From: Callorhinchus milii
Lineage: Eukaryota
Assembly (NCBI RefSeq): GCF_018977255.1
Contig: NW_024704742.1
Span: 61,506,001 to 61,570,000 of the forward strand
Reading direction: 5' to 3'
DNA: 64,000 bases
Shown here: positions 1 to 12,519 of the stretch, in pieces
Layout of the letters: the number at the start of each line of letters is the position of its first letter
Numbering within the stretch: position 1 is the first letter of the stretch
Position numbers and translations under genes: made by a program
Notes under the pieces: model-generated
Databases searched by the model: none
Seen by the model: the letters and a program-made list of their open reading frames with translations, nothing else
What the model was told of the DNA's origin: nothing

Positions 1-226
1 CTTGTCACAATTATTAAAGCAATGACATATCAAAGACCCTGTCATATTATCTTTTAGTATGCCTAAAAACACTATCATGCATATTATTTTTTAAATAATT
101 TATTTTAAACACCTAACCTTTACTAATATGGACTTTCTTGATGGAAATTGCTCATTCCCAAACAGATTGTTTCAATTATTTTAACCACCACCCTTCATTA
201 CAATATCTCGAAAGCATAACTCCTCT

Positions 227-738
227 TCTATATCTATATTATTTATACTAATAAAATGACAATGTCTGTCTGCGCATCAAGAAGGATCTCAATAACTGAT
301 TGACATAGAGACATGATTTATACTTCATCGGAAAGGTCTTAAACTGGGAGTGACATGGGCATATTTGTTTTCAGGTAACTCCTATCATTCATTACCTATT
401 TTCAATTTTGCGCTTTTCACTGCAGTTACACCTAGCAACCACACCGGCTGACCATGGCACTGCGGCATCCTACGTCACAGAGCACACCCATAGCCAAGTA
501 GCGGAACAAAATAATGAACACAGATGGCAATAAGCCGCGGCAACAACAAAAAATTACATTTTTAAAGCATCGAGTCCTCCCACTAAGTCCTTCCAAAAGG
601 AATCCTCCCACAGAAGTCCTCCCAGATAAATATAGATAAAGATGAAATGTCTGTCTGTGTCTGTGTCTGTCTGTGTGTTAATCTACATTCCATATTGGAT
701 CCTTTGGTTGCAAGCAAAGCTGCAACGGGTAAAGCTAG
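227..738 (+). mobile_element. Non-autonomous Helitron
   Basis: 5' TC start (TCTATATCTATATT..TATACTAATAAAATGACAATGTCTGTCTG; A|TC at 233). Subterminal hairpin GTTGCA(A)GC-AAA-GCTGCAAC at 707-726, then GGGTAAAG-CTAG (735-738) followed by T. No TSD; (CTGT)n tracts. Confidence 0.75.
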
Positions 739-840
739 TAGTTAATAAAATATGGAAAGAGTTATGCTGAGTTATGCTATTCACCAACAATATCCTGGAA
801 CCTGCTATCCACCCATTGAGAGTTCAAAGCTATCAAGTCC

Positions 841-1605
841 CTGATATCAAGTCCTGGATGAGAGCCAACTTTCTATAGCTGGATGTCAGTAAGACTGAGT
901 CCATCCTGATTGGCTTACGTCAGTGCCTCAGCACTTCAGGCACTGGCAGCATCAGCATCCAAGGATGCACACTCCACCTCGCCAAGACAGTTAGAAACCT
1001 GGGCATCTTGTTCGACCATCAACTGTCATTTCTACCCCATATCTGTGCCATGATCCGCTTTGTCTTACCCCATCCCTACAACATTGGCGGACTCCGCCAC
1101 TGCCTCACCCCTCAGATTGCTGAAACCCTCATACATGTATTCACCACCTCAAGGCTCAACTACGGAAACTCCCTCCTTGTTGGCCTCCCCAACTCTTCCC
1201 TTCACAAGCTGCAGATCATCCAGAACTCTGCAGCTCATGTGCTCTCCCCCACCAGGCTCCATGACCCCATCACCCCCACCCTCACCCGGCTCTACTGGCT
1301 CCCTATCCCTCAGAGGATAGAATTCAAAATCCTCATTATCACTTTCAAGTCCCTCCACGGCCTTGCCCCCTCCTACCTCTCTGACCTGCTGACCCCCATC
1401 AACCTGTCCGCACCCTCCACTCAACAGGCTCCGTCCGGCCTGCTCCAGGTCTCCCCCACGAACCACCCACCATCGGTGGCCGGGTTTTCAGCCTCTCTGT
1501 CCCTACTCTTTGGAACTTCATCCCACAATCTCTTCACCTTGCTCCCTCTCTTGCCACCTTCAAGGCATGACTCAAGGCCCTCCTTTTTGACGTGCCTTCA
1601 GCCAC
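841..1605 (+). mobile_element. L2-clade LINE, 3' ORF2 fragment (degraded)
   Basis: Translates to HVFTTSRLNYGNSLLVGLP..LHKLQIIQNSAA..DPITPTLTRLYWLPIPQRIEFKIL, the C-terminal region of L2 ORF2. Confidence 0.9.
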
Positions 1606-1615
1606 ACGTGCCTTC

Positions 1616-2032
1616 ATAATTCATAATTCTGGAGAGTATTTGGTGCAGGTTGGCAAGACCCAAAGCTTGTGGAATCCAAAGTGTCCATTTGATAAGTGTT
1701 GGAGTCTAACCAGCTGAAGCTGCATATCTTGCAATTGGAAGGACTGTCAATCAAGGTTTCGTACTGCTTGTCCAGCCGGGATCCCCTACCCATTGGGGCT
1801 TTGGCTGCATGGTTAACAGGAGCTGAGTGGGATGACTCCCTGTCCTAGTGTCGATGAGCCAGGCTGGCTGTGCTGTCATCAGCAGTACCCTGGAATACTG
1901 AGGACCCATCTGTCATCTGTTTCAGGAACCAGACAACCGAGACTGCCACAGTCTCGATTCCGATAGTCCGTTGTTAAACATGTCACCTTGGAGCCAGTTC
2001 AGCTCTAAGGAGTCTCTGCTTAGCCTCCCCAC
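1616..2032 (-). mobile_element. Unclassified oligo-A-tailed retroposon ('family X'), 5' two-thirds
   Basis: Shares blocks TAATTCTGGAGAGTATT, TTGGCAAGA, GTTAACAGGAGCTGAGTGGG, GGAACCAGAC, CATGTCACCTTGGAGCCAGTTCAGCTC with copies at ~8, 19, 49 and 58 kb. Confidence 0.7.
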
Positions 2033-3870
2033 TGTCCCCCTACACACACCCCCATCACTACCCGCACCTCCCTAGAAGGATAGTCAAGATCCTGAAAAAG
2101 CAAAGAACAAAGTTAATGAATAATGGGAAGTAATGTAGAAATAGATTGCATAGAAGTGCTAAATTGGTAGAAGTGAGAAATCGACTTTATGTCGCCAAAC
2201 ATCCCATGAACAAACCTTTCTTTTTACCTGCACTTTTGGTCACCTGTCTTGCCCACCTTCCTCAGCTCTCCCATCATTATCTAGGGCTCCCAGTCAGCTT
2301 TGTAAAGAACTCTGAGATGTCACGTCTACATAAAATGAGCAAATGGTAAAATTGTTGCTGCTGTTATTGGACAGCATTTAAGTTGACAGCAAGAATAATT
2401 AGTTCCCAGTGGATAAATCAAATGCAAATGTAAGCATTGTTTTAAATCAGTCGTTCTAAAAGCTAGGAATATATTAATGATCAATAAATAGCAAAAGCTA
2501 TGGCCCAGTGTTGAACTATCTATTATCTTTAACCCAGAACTACATCCAACAAAGCACAATATGTATCAAATTAATTACTTCAATGTAACCCTGTTTCCAC
2601 TTTTTTTTGCCAAAGTCACAGAATTTTGCAACTGAAATTTCTGTTCCCTTCATCACAGAATAAGATGATAGACACAAGTAATTAATCTTCATTGGTTGGA
2701 TGTATTTTTTTGTAATTGTAAATTGTGAGGGAAGTTCAAAATCCCTACAAATCACCACATATAAACTCAACAACAACTTGTATTTATATAGCAACCTTCA
2801 CACAGGGTAACGTTCCACAGTGCTTAACACTGGAGCAGCGCTCACACTGGAGTTATCATGAAGGAAGTGACTTGGTGATAATAAATTAATGTTTTGTAAA
2901 TGGCAGCAGACTGGAGTGGTTGGTTACAGAGGGGATTCTAAATGGCCCTTTCATTTTGCTGCGGTACATTATTCCCCCTGTGCTTTCAAATGATCAAAAC
3001 AATAACAAATTACATTTGTTTAGTGCCTTTCACGTTGGGAGGATGTCCCAAGGCACTGGATCACATAGGTAAACAGCAGATTAATCACCATATTTGGCTC
3101 AGAAATAAGAGGAAGAAATTTATGATGTTTCTTAATGCATTCCAGAACACATTATGAAAGATCCCAAATTTCATCCCTGTATTTTAACAAGAAGCAAAAT
3201 TTGTGAGCTGCTTCACAGAATACAGACTGACATAAGCCAATGTTCTATTTTTTAACTGCTCTCAACAAATGGTACCGTTTGCCTATTTTGATGGACATTA
3301 AAGATCCCACGGCACTGCTCGAAAAGTGAAGGGAGTTTCTCCCAATGTCCTGGTCGACATTTGTCCAGATAAAATTGATCATTCACTTTATGGCATTTGC
3401 AGGACATTGGCTGCCACATTTGCCTACAGACAGCAGAAAAATCACGGGGAGCAACTATTATGCCAAGTTCAGCGCTGGGTTAATTGACAGAGAATTGACA
3501 GGGACGTAATTGTCTGTGATGGGATAATTATCACCATTAATAATTAACACTTCACCTGTCAGTAATTTTCACCATTTTGTTTCAACAATTTAGTTTAATC
3601 TGTTAAGGCTAATGATATAATCTGAAAAAAAACTATTTAGAGGAACTGCTATATTAGACCAGACTAGAGTTAGCAAGCAATTATGATGATAGGATCTCCA
3701 AAGCACCCAAGGTTAATTATTGCTTCTAATGTTACTAATTCAAATCCCTCATACTTTCAGGTTCAGTAAAGTTCCTCAGCTAGTTCTCCAGATAATGTCA
3801 AGTAACTATAAAAGATATATTTAATAACAAAATGGAAGAATGTTGAAAGGCAAACTCTGAAAATTCCTAA

Positions 3871-3972
3871 AACCAAAACAGAAGTGGCTGGGAACACTCA
3901 GCAGGTCAGGCAGCATCTATGTAGAAAGGAAAGTGAGTCAACGTTTTGGGTCCACGACTCTTCGTCAGAACT
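3871..3972. mobile_element. Penelope-like terminal fragment
   Basis: AAAACAGAAGTGGCTGGGAACACTCAGCAGGTCAGGCAGCATCT..AACGTTTTGGGTC..TTCGTCAGAACT resembles Penelope-type ends common in sharks; recalled, not aligned. Confidence 0.55.
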
Positions 3973-4959
3973 AGGGCATGTTGGGAGGGAGAGGCTTTTA
4001 AGGGCTAACAGAAAGAGGGGAAGGTAGGGCAAGGAAGACAAAGAGAAAATGGGGTAGAGGACAGTGGATGCTGAGCTAAGGAGGTGTTTCTTAATGCAAA
4101 ACAAAGTGGGGAATCTTTAGCACCTTTAATAGATGTATTGAGTGATGTATTAGAAAGTGCTTCATGGCCCAAGATGTTCCCTGCTGTGGCCAATTAAATT
4201 TTGCCTGAACATTTCTGACCATACAACATTTTAGAAAACTCTTAAATACAGATTTAATCTCAAAACTGGCTGTCCAAGTTTTATTATGTCTGATGAGTCA
4301 ATCTTTAAGCTGTGTCGTCTGGGTATTACTTGTAGAATATTTACCAAACCAAGCCTATTATACAATTATTCAATATAATTTTCCAAGCTGACTGCAAACA
4401 CCAACCTAACAAATATAAAAGTCGGTAATAATTCATAATGCTGAGAGACTTGGATCCTGCATATAAAAAAATTACTGTCATGAATAGAGAATTGGAAAAA
4501 AAATCACTTCAGCATTAAATATACAATCACAAATAAATAGTTTAATAAATATTATTGTAATACTTTTTCTATGATAATTTTGCACTTGCACTCAAGAGAA
4601 GTACAAAATGAGCCGTATCAGGGTCACTTAATTCCAATGATTTATAATACAGAGAAATATTATTTTTCTTTTTCCACCTTAACAATGCTTTGCTACAACC
4701 TGAATCTCACCAAAAATATAAACTACCTCAAGTACCCCTCCCCCAACTCATGGCTATTGTCTCATGTCTCATCTATTTGAGTTACGACCACCTTCATAGT
4801 TCAACACTTCAGACTTGAGAAAGACTTGGGCATTGGTTTATGACTCTCAGAGCCAAAAACATCTTTCATCAGTGTTTCTTACAGAACACTAGTAATGGTT
4901 CATTAGATTAATACCTGGTCTGAAGCTTGGGCAGGAGGTTGGGTGCAATGGGATTATAT

Positions 4960-5062
4960 TACTTAGAGAGGAGGAGGTTAGGGGTTACTTGTTGGAGATG
5001 TTTAAACTAATGAATGGCGTTAAGAAGTTAGGTAATGAATGATTCTTCCCTCTGGTGGGGAA
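4960..5062 (+). mobile_element. CR1 LINE ORF2 C-terminal remnant
   Basis: Reads LERRRL-G-LLEMFKLMNG..FFPLVG, matching the CR1 'LERRRLRGDLIEVFKIM' motif. Confidence 0.7.
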
Positions 5063-5224
5063 CTTCACTTTGCATTTGAACATGTTACACCAGACGTCGT
5101 CTCACCAGCTCTTAAGTTGGTGTAACCTTTCTCCGCACAAATATTCACCATAAATTGCAACTTTTAAAAGACATATTATTTGGTGAGTAGCAAAATGCAG
5201 ATTATTGGAAACTTTGATCTATTA

Positions 5225-5400
5225 TAATAATAGTAATAATAATCCTTGCATTTGATATAGTGCCTTATCATGTTGTTGAGACATCTCAAAGCACTTCACA
5301 GAATATACTGTAAAGTGAATTGATTGTGTATTTTGTGGGCAAAACATGGCAGTCAATTGTGCACAGCAGTGTCCCACAAACAATCATGGATTATAATCAA
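5225..5400 (-). mobile_element. Deu-type SINE, 3' half
   Basis: (AAT)n tail plus CCTTGCATTTGATATAG..CTCAAAGCACTTCACAGAATATACTGTAAAGTGAATTGA..GTCCCACAAAC. Confidence 0.85.
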
Positions 5401-7899
5401 TTATAATAAAGTATACAACATAATTTGTGAATTACAATATTTGGAGGGAATTTTTTGGTGACGTTTGTATTTATCATTTAGCAGAAACCATATCACACTG
5501 GTGTCATTCTTCAGTTTACATCCAAAGGAAGAAAAATGTGGTCAAGTTAACAATTATGGTACAATGATTTTTGTTTTGTCTCCGTAAAATCTTAGACTCC
5601 TCCTCCACCTCTTTCCTGTGTGTCCAAATCACCTTCTGTATGGCTGAGAACAGATAAGATAAAATGTGTAGACTCAGAGAACTAACAAAAGGAAACATTG
5701 AGAAACACAGAAGAGAATCTGAGCAGCGTGTATCTAATAGTTAACAAAAAGCCATATGGCTATAATATTTATCCAAAATAGAATTAATGAGGTAGGTCCC
5801 ATAATTAATATGAAAGGGCACAGAAGGTTTTAATGCCATAATAGACTCAGCTGAAGAGAAATAATAGTCATAATGCTTAAATACCTTAAAGAATACCGTT
5901 GATCCATCGTATTAGTATCTTGGTTTTCTGGACCATTTAGTCCCTTTTATGAGCATGAAATCATTGAAATGTCCTGCAAATTGATGTTTTGCCGCTTGGC
6001 CAGCTCATTTCCTCTCTTTTTCTAATGTGAAAGCGTAAAATGCATTGTGCTATTTAGCTTTTAACCTTTCTTCACTGCTTATAAATGTCCATAAAGATGT
6101 CTCAATTTTTTTTGTGAACATTGCCAAGTACTCCCAGAATTTTTTTTAAAGTAAATTTGGGGTTTTTATTCTGCTCCGTGTCCTTCACAAAACAAATGTA
6201 TTCAAGTGGGTAAACTGCCATTCTATTCCATTCAGTATGTTTAACAAATGCTGTGCATCTCATTTGCTTTATGTCTGTTACACAATTTTGTATTATGAAC
6301 AAATTTGGATTATTTATAAGCACCCACAAATAAATTTACTAATACTCAATAAGTGGAGTCTGGTAGCTTAGCGGTTAAAGCACTCACCTCACCTGTGAAA
6401 AAACCTAGGTTTGATTTCCGGATAGGGAAAAACATTGGGCAATGCCGTGTCATGGGATGTTTCATGTCTACCTGAACAGGCAGGACAAAATTTGGTTTAA
6501 TATTTTTTCTAAAGGTCAGTATCTCCAATAACACAGTGTAACCCTAGCACTGCTCTGTAGGCTAACATGGAATGTGTTGTAGCTCGCTCAAATTTAACCA
6601 ATATGAACTGAGCCTTGCCAGCTGCTCTTTATCGCTCCATTTGCGCAATACCATCTGCTGAGCTGTGACGTGATGAATGTCTCAGTGGATGGTGATCATG
6701 TAAATTAAATACAATAAAACAGAGAGCATTGTTGAGCTCAGGAAGCTTAGAGGAAAATTGGAATGGTTATTTTAAGGGAAACCGGTCCCTATTTGTTGCT
6801 ATTTGGGAGGAAATTACTCAAGAAAACAGTGACAATTAGAAACTGTTTGGGTAATACACCTGGCACTAAGACTCACAGGAAAATGTGGAGAATGTCTCAG
6901 CACAATACCTACTATCACTCCTTGGTTTCTGAGCATCCTTGTGCTCCTATGTGTGAAAACAAGATAAAAATATACAGATATTAGGGAGCTTTGCTCTTAC
7001 TGCCGATATTCCATAATGTAGCTGCCACAATTTTCCCAATGTTGAGATTTTGGCTGTTGCTCAGAAGCAGCTTATTTCAATTTCATTCACTTCAGACTCT
7101 ACCGTTACCTATTATCTTTCCTGCATCTGGTAAATAGGGATTATTGGGCTCCACCTCTTCCACTGCTCCATCAATCAATTCAGGGATTTGTTTGAATTTA
7201 AGAACAGTGTAGAGGGATTAAAATTCCTTTTTAGAAACCAGCTGCCATGCAGGAGGCTCTACAGTAGTAGCACTGGTTTATAATAATAATCCTTGCATTT
7301 GATATAGCGCCTTGTTACATCTTCAAGACATCTCAAAGCGCTTCACAGAATATACTGTAAAGTGAATTGACTGTATATTTTGTGGGCAAAACACAGCACC
7401 AAAACATGGGGGAATTGGATTCTGAGTGTTAGACTCTAGAAAGTTACATCACACATTTTCAGATAAAGGCTCTGAACATCATTAGTAAACACAACAGGTG
7501 ATTTTATGTACCAACCTGACTCACATGGTAGCACTTTACCTTTGAGTCAGAAGGTTGTGGGTTTAAGTCCCACGTTGGGTGTGTGTTTCATTGTCAGAGG
7601 TCCTTTGGATACGTTAAAATCAAAGGTATGTCTGTTCGAACACCAGTATCAGCAGCAAACTCACAAAGTTGAGGCTGACACTCCAATGCAGTGCTGGGGA
7701 AATGCTGCATTGGTCAGGTGGACGTCAAAGATCCTATGGCACTATTCATAGAACCATAGAATTATACAGCACAGAAGGAGGCCATTCGACCAATCATGTC
7801 TGTGCTGGCTCTTTGAAAAGAGAAAAAAGAGAAAGAATAAGAATTTTTTCCTGGTATCCTGGTCAACAGTTTCCTGGAAAAAACTTCATAGCTTATATT

Positions 7900-8465
7900 T
7901 GTGTTGGTTAGCTGCTTGTCTAACACATGCAGAAACCTATCAACAACAACAACAACTTACATGTATACATCGCCCTTTACGTATCGGAGCGCTTGCTATC
8001 AACATGCTTAAGAGTATCCAAACCAAACTGAGGGTTCCACGCATCCCACCTATACAAAGAATTCCAGAAATGTTTATTGAAATGGAGTATCCACTCTATG
8101 CCCAGAGGGACGCATCCTGCTTACCTAATTCTGGAGAGTATTAGGTGTAAGTTGGCAAAAGCCAGGGCTTGGGGACCTCAGAGTGTGTGATGAGGTGCTG
8201 CTAGAGCTGTTATGGCTTTGGCTTGCAGGCATGAAATGCTGAGTGGGAGGAATCCCTTTCCCTGGAGACTGGTCTGCTCTATCAAGTCTTGCCGATGAGA
8301 GGGGCTTGCTGTGCTGTCATAAGTTATGACCTGTGTACCTGCCTGGCTCAGAAACTGGACTATGAAGACCATTACCCAGGGTGGCCGCAATTCTGACATT
8401 CTGTTGCCAAACATGTCACATTGAATCCAGTTCAGCTCCAAGTTACTTCTCCTCAACCCCCCAGG
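7900..8465 (-). mobile_element. Family X retroposon, near full length, with short L2-tail insertion
   Basis: From the 3' end (TTGGTTAGCTG..ACACATGCAGAAACC..TGCTTAAGAGTATCCAAACC) to the 5' block (GCCAAACATGTCAC..CCAGTTCAGCTCC..CCCCCC). Confidence 0.7.
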
Positions 8466-9635
8466 AGGATATTCACTGGCTGTTTGTGGGACGTTGCTGT
8501 GTTCAAAAGGGTTGCCGAGTTCCCCTACAAAATATAGTTACTACACTTAACAGTAAATCCTGTGGCGCACTTTGAAGCATCCTCCAAACATAAAAGATGA
8601 TATGTGAAATGCAAGGGTTATTATTATTAAAATTATTGTTGTATAACTGTGTGTTGTATATGCCTTCCGAACATATATATATTGGTGGGAAATGGCAGTG
8701 TGCAAATGGTTTACAGTGGTGGAACAACAATGTGGATGCAGCAAATCAGGCTGAAGAGAATGAGACTCAGTGCATTGTTGCTGCAGAACAATCACAGAAA
8801 AGCGATTGACTTGCAGGACAAGCTTTTGGTGCATACATACCACCCACCATCCCCTTCTCTTATTCTAACCTTCCATGCCCTCGCTCTGTACTTATCTGTC
8901 ATCCATTTCCACTGTACCCATCCCTTCCCCTTGTATTCACTCATCATCCACTCCAGTTTTGCTTCAACCCAGCCCAACCAGCAGCCAGGCCACCAGCGAA
9001 AGTTTGGGCAAGAAATTTGAGCTGGATTCCACCAACATCCTCCCAATACAGGAGTAGAACTAAGGGAAGAATGGCAGTGAAATCTTCCTCCCAGAGAATG
9101 CTCCATCCTGCATAATAGTTTAACACAGTAGCAAGCACAACATCTTCACAATGTGATGCAGATCAAGGCACCTCAGAGGACAAGGTACATGTTGGCACAT
9201 CACGTGCTGGAGCACTTAGCACTGCAGAGGTGAGAAGGAAACGTCACTGCACAACAAGGCACCCACAGAGGGATGTTTCAAGGTGCTGTGTTCCTGAGAT
9301 GAGTGAGGTGTGAGCATCAAGTTCATTAACCACTGTCCCCTCCTCTAAACCCTCTATCCTAGGGGCACACACGTTAGAATGCCCCAATATCTTGAAGTCA
9401 GCACGTTTTGTTGGGAGTATGTTAGGAAAAAGATAGCATAGTGCACTAATGGTAGGTACATTGGTAGAGTTATAAGTATGTTAATTTTCCTTAAGGCACA
9501 TATGTAAATAAATATTTTATCACCGAACGCTAGCCTATAGGCCTTTATCTATGATTTACATCTGTACTTCGTCCACAGATATCTTATAGGATGGTATACT
9601 GACTAGAATGCAAATAGTCCCATGGTTTACAATGT

Positions 9636-9883
9636 AATAATAAACCTTGCATTTGATGTAGTGCTTTTCACGTCTTCTCGACGTCTCAAAGCGCTTCACA
9701 GAATATACTGTAAAGTGAATTGACTGTATATTTTGGGTGAAACATGGCAGCCAATTGCGCACAGCAGTGTCCGCACAAACATTCATGGATTGAAGCGACC
9801 AATTTTTTTTTTTTTTTTTCTTGAGGGATTATTATCAAGCATGTGGAGTATGGAAACTTGCTAAGGTTTCGCCCTGCCGGGAA
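9636..9883 (-). mobile_element. tRNA-derived Deu-tail SINE, 5'-truncated
   Basis: Same body as the full copies; tail stem-loop ACGTC-GAGAA-GACGT. Confidence 0.85.
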
Positions 9884-10983
9884 TGTTTCGAACAGCTGAA
9901 TATATAAGATGCCTGTGTTGCTCTCAAAATAAAGCAATTTTCCGCATTAATAAGTCTATCTCAGAACAGATGGAAATTTGAAGCCCTTTCCAAGGGATGG
10001 ATGGCACAGCTGTATCACAAAAACTCTGCGCATACACCAGAATTGCACATTAGGTCAATACTTGTACCATTGGGATTTTCACCTCTGTCACATTTAATGG
10101 AAGCTCAATCCTATGAATCTACTGATTTCATTCAGAAATAAAAAAAAATGTGGCCAAGCCTACAGAGACTTTTAAAGTTTTCTATAAGGTTTTGAAATTG
10201 GTTGTTTGGCCAAAGTGTTTTACGGTTTTGCAGCAACTTACTAAGGTAGTTTAGAGGATTTATATGCAATCAAACAATTAAGAATTTAGATCTGAACAAT
10301 GGTGTACTGGAGAGAAGAGGGTTACAAAATCTGGAAGTCCTAAATAGAAGATTAAAAACTCCCTACATTTGGGTAAATGTTTGTTGTTGCTTACCAGAAG
10401 TTCAGTTTCACTTTAAAAGAAAACTAACACTAATCCTTATCTGTGGCTATAAATGTACGTTTATCTACAAATACACAGTATTTCACAGTAAAATGCTGTG
10501 ATGTACTTTGAGATAGTCTGAATAATGTAATAAGGTGCTATACCAAGTGCATCATGATTATTTCGTTTTGTTTCAGATTTCCAGGAGGTGCAGTATTTTG
10601 CATTAGTTTGCACCATTGTTGTTGTTATTTTAAAATATTACTAAGGTTGTAAAACATTTAGATCATGACAGAATTTTATAACTAATAATAATCCTCTCAA
10701 GTGATAGTGTGCCTGTATGGTATGAAATGGTGTCAAACCTCTCAAACACTTCACGGATAAAGGGCAATGTCTGTGTAAGTGTAGGCAAATATGACTGCCA
10801 TTTTTTCCACAGTAATGACCCAGAAATAGCCATTACTACTTTTATCTGAAAGATTGTTGACGATTGTTCTCCCAACAGGAATTCGGAGAAATTAATTTCT
10901 GTTTTCAAATAGCATCCATGGGATCTTTAATGTCTACTTGAATAGGTATCTTTAATGTCACTTGAATAGGCATCTGGGGCTTC

Positions 10984-11769
10984 TGTAAGCGACAGTTCTC
11001 ACCCCTTGATGTCCATGCAAATTTTATCAACGCTTTCGTACTAAGTGGCCTCTGCTTCTCTTCTAACCCTGTCAGTGTGAGTCCCTATTTCAAAGATGAC
11101 TCAACCAAATCAGAGTCACACACAAACAGGTATTCCCAGTTAAGCCCATTGCCCGGAACCTGGAAAGTCTAATCGGAGTCCGCTCGCACTAGTAGATCTC
11201 GGACGTTGACAAATACCTCCAAAATGCTTACCCCTTTTCTTGTCTGGAATACTACAGAGACTCAAGGATACATTCGATAGAAACAACAGCCCTATATTAA
11301 AACCTAGCAACCCTAGGCTACCTTGCATATAAGGAACACAACAATGGAAGATATTATTATTATTATTATTATTATATACAACAATGGGATCAAATATAAC
11401 AATCACACATAACTATAACACGACAGCACAATACTACATTGGTAAAGGAACATGAAACCAATCCTGACCGTACAGTAGTCCTGTCCACGTCAATACATAC
11501 CGGATCCCGCCCATTAGTTAGCGACTACGAGGTCCGCTGAGAATTGCCTTACATATATGCATGTGTCTCCACCCACCATATTATGCCAATGCGAGGGTTT
11601 ATCTTTCCCGCGCTAGCGCCCGTGTGTTATTTTACTCTGCGAGCTGCTTGTTAGCGCTTGTTACCTGACTGTCAATCAAGCAGCCCTGGATCTATACTTC
11701 GCTGCAAACTGGTGTAGGCTGGTTGCTAACTCTGTGCTGCAAGCAGCTTCTGCAACTTGGAATCTTACA
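10984..11769. mobile_element. Probable solo LTR
   Basis: 786-bp CpG-rich unique block bounded by TGTAAG...CTTACA; interrupts an old Deu SINE; no clean TSD (CTTC vs CAAC). Confidence 0.5.
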
Positions 11770-12217
11770 CAACCCATTTAAAGGGACAGGCCTCCCCATT
11801 TCCCTTAAATAATATTATATAGTTATATATATATATATCATTTATATATTACAAAATTGGCTGCCGCGTTCGCCCACAAATATACAGTCAATTCACTTCA
11901 CAGTGTGTTCTGTGAAGCGCTTTGGGACGTCCTCCCGACGTGAAAAGCGCTATATCAAATGCAAGGATTATTATTATTATTATTACAAAAGACTGCAAGA
12001 ATAGGGTAACCATAACATGCATAACGTCTCATTCAAGAGACTATATTTCTAAAAAAATGCTACACAGGAATGTTAACTGAGAATATGAGCTCAAGGTCCT
12101 GGCATTGGTCTTGAACCTACAACCTACTGACAAAGAAGCAATAAAATCTATTTTCCCTTTTCTCCACACTTCCAATAATAAATCTTGCATTCGATATAGT
12201 ACCTTATCATGTCATTG

Positions 12218-12519
12218 GGAGTCCTGTAGCTCAGTAGAGCACACGCCCTCACAACGGAAAGACCTGGGTTTGATTCCTGGCAGGGCAAAACCTTGGGCAA
12301 GTTTCCTTACTCCATACGCCTGATAATAATCTCTCAAGAAAAAAAAACAATAATAAAATTGGTCACTTCAATCCATGACCATTTGTGGGACACGGCTGCG
12401 CCGTCTTTTGCCCACAAATATACAGTCAATTCACTTTACAGTCTATTCTGTGAAGCGCTTTGAGACGTCTAGAATACGTGAAAAGCGCGATATCAAATGC
12501 GAGAATTATTATTATTATT
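12218..12519 (+). mobile_element. Full-length young tRNA(Ala-like) SINE, short form, nested in an opposite-strand SINE
   Basis: Head GGAGTCCTGTAGCTCAGTAGAGCAC..GGGTTTGATTCC (A/B boxes), Deu 3' half, (ATT)n tail; ATTG duplicated at 12214-17 and 12517-20; host SINE at 12174-12213 and 12521-12820. Confidence 0.9.

Noticed and set aside
5516..6329. Minus-strand short ORFs as exons or decayed transposase
   Set aside because: No recognisable motif, several stops, no convincing splice sites.
7096..7129. Possible 34-nt exon (ttcag...gtaaat); similar at ~3761-3801
   Set aside because: Weak splice signals expected by chance; no partner exons or protein similarity.
8650..9320. Possible Harbinger transposase/Myb remnant
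   Set aside because: Only vague resemblance (..PQR..EMSE; W..V.A..TQC); no continuous frame or TIRs found.
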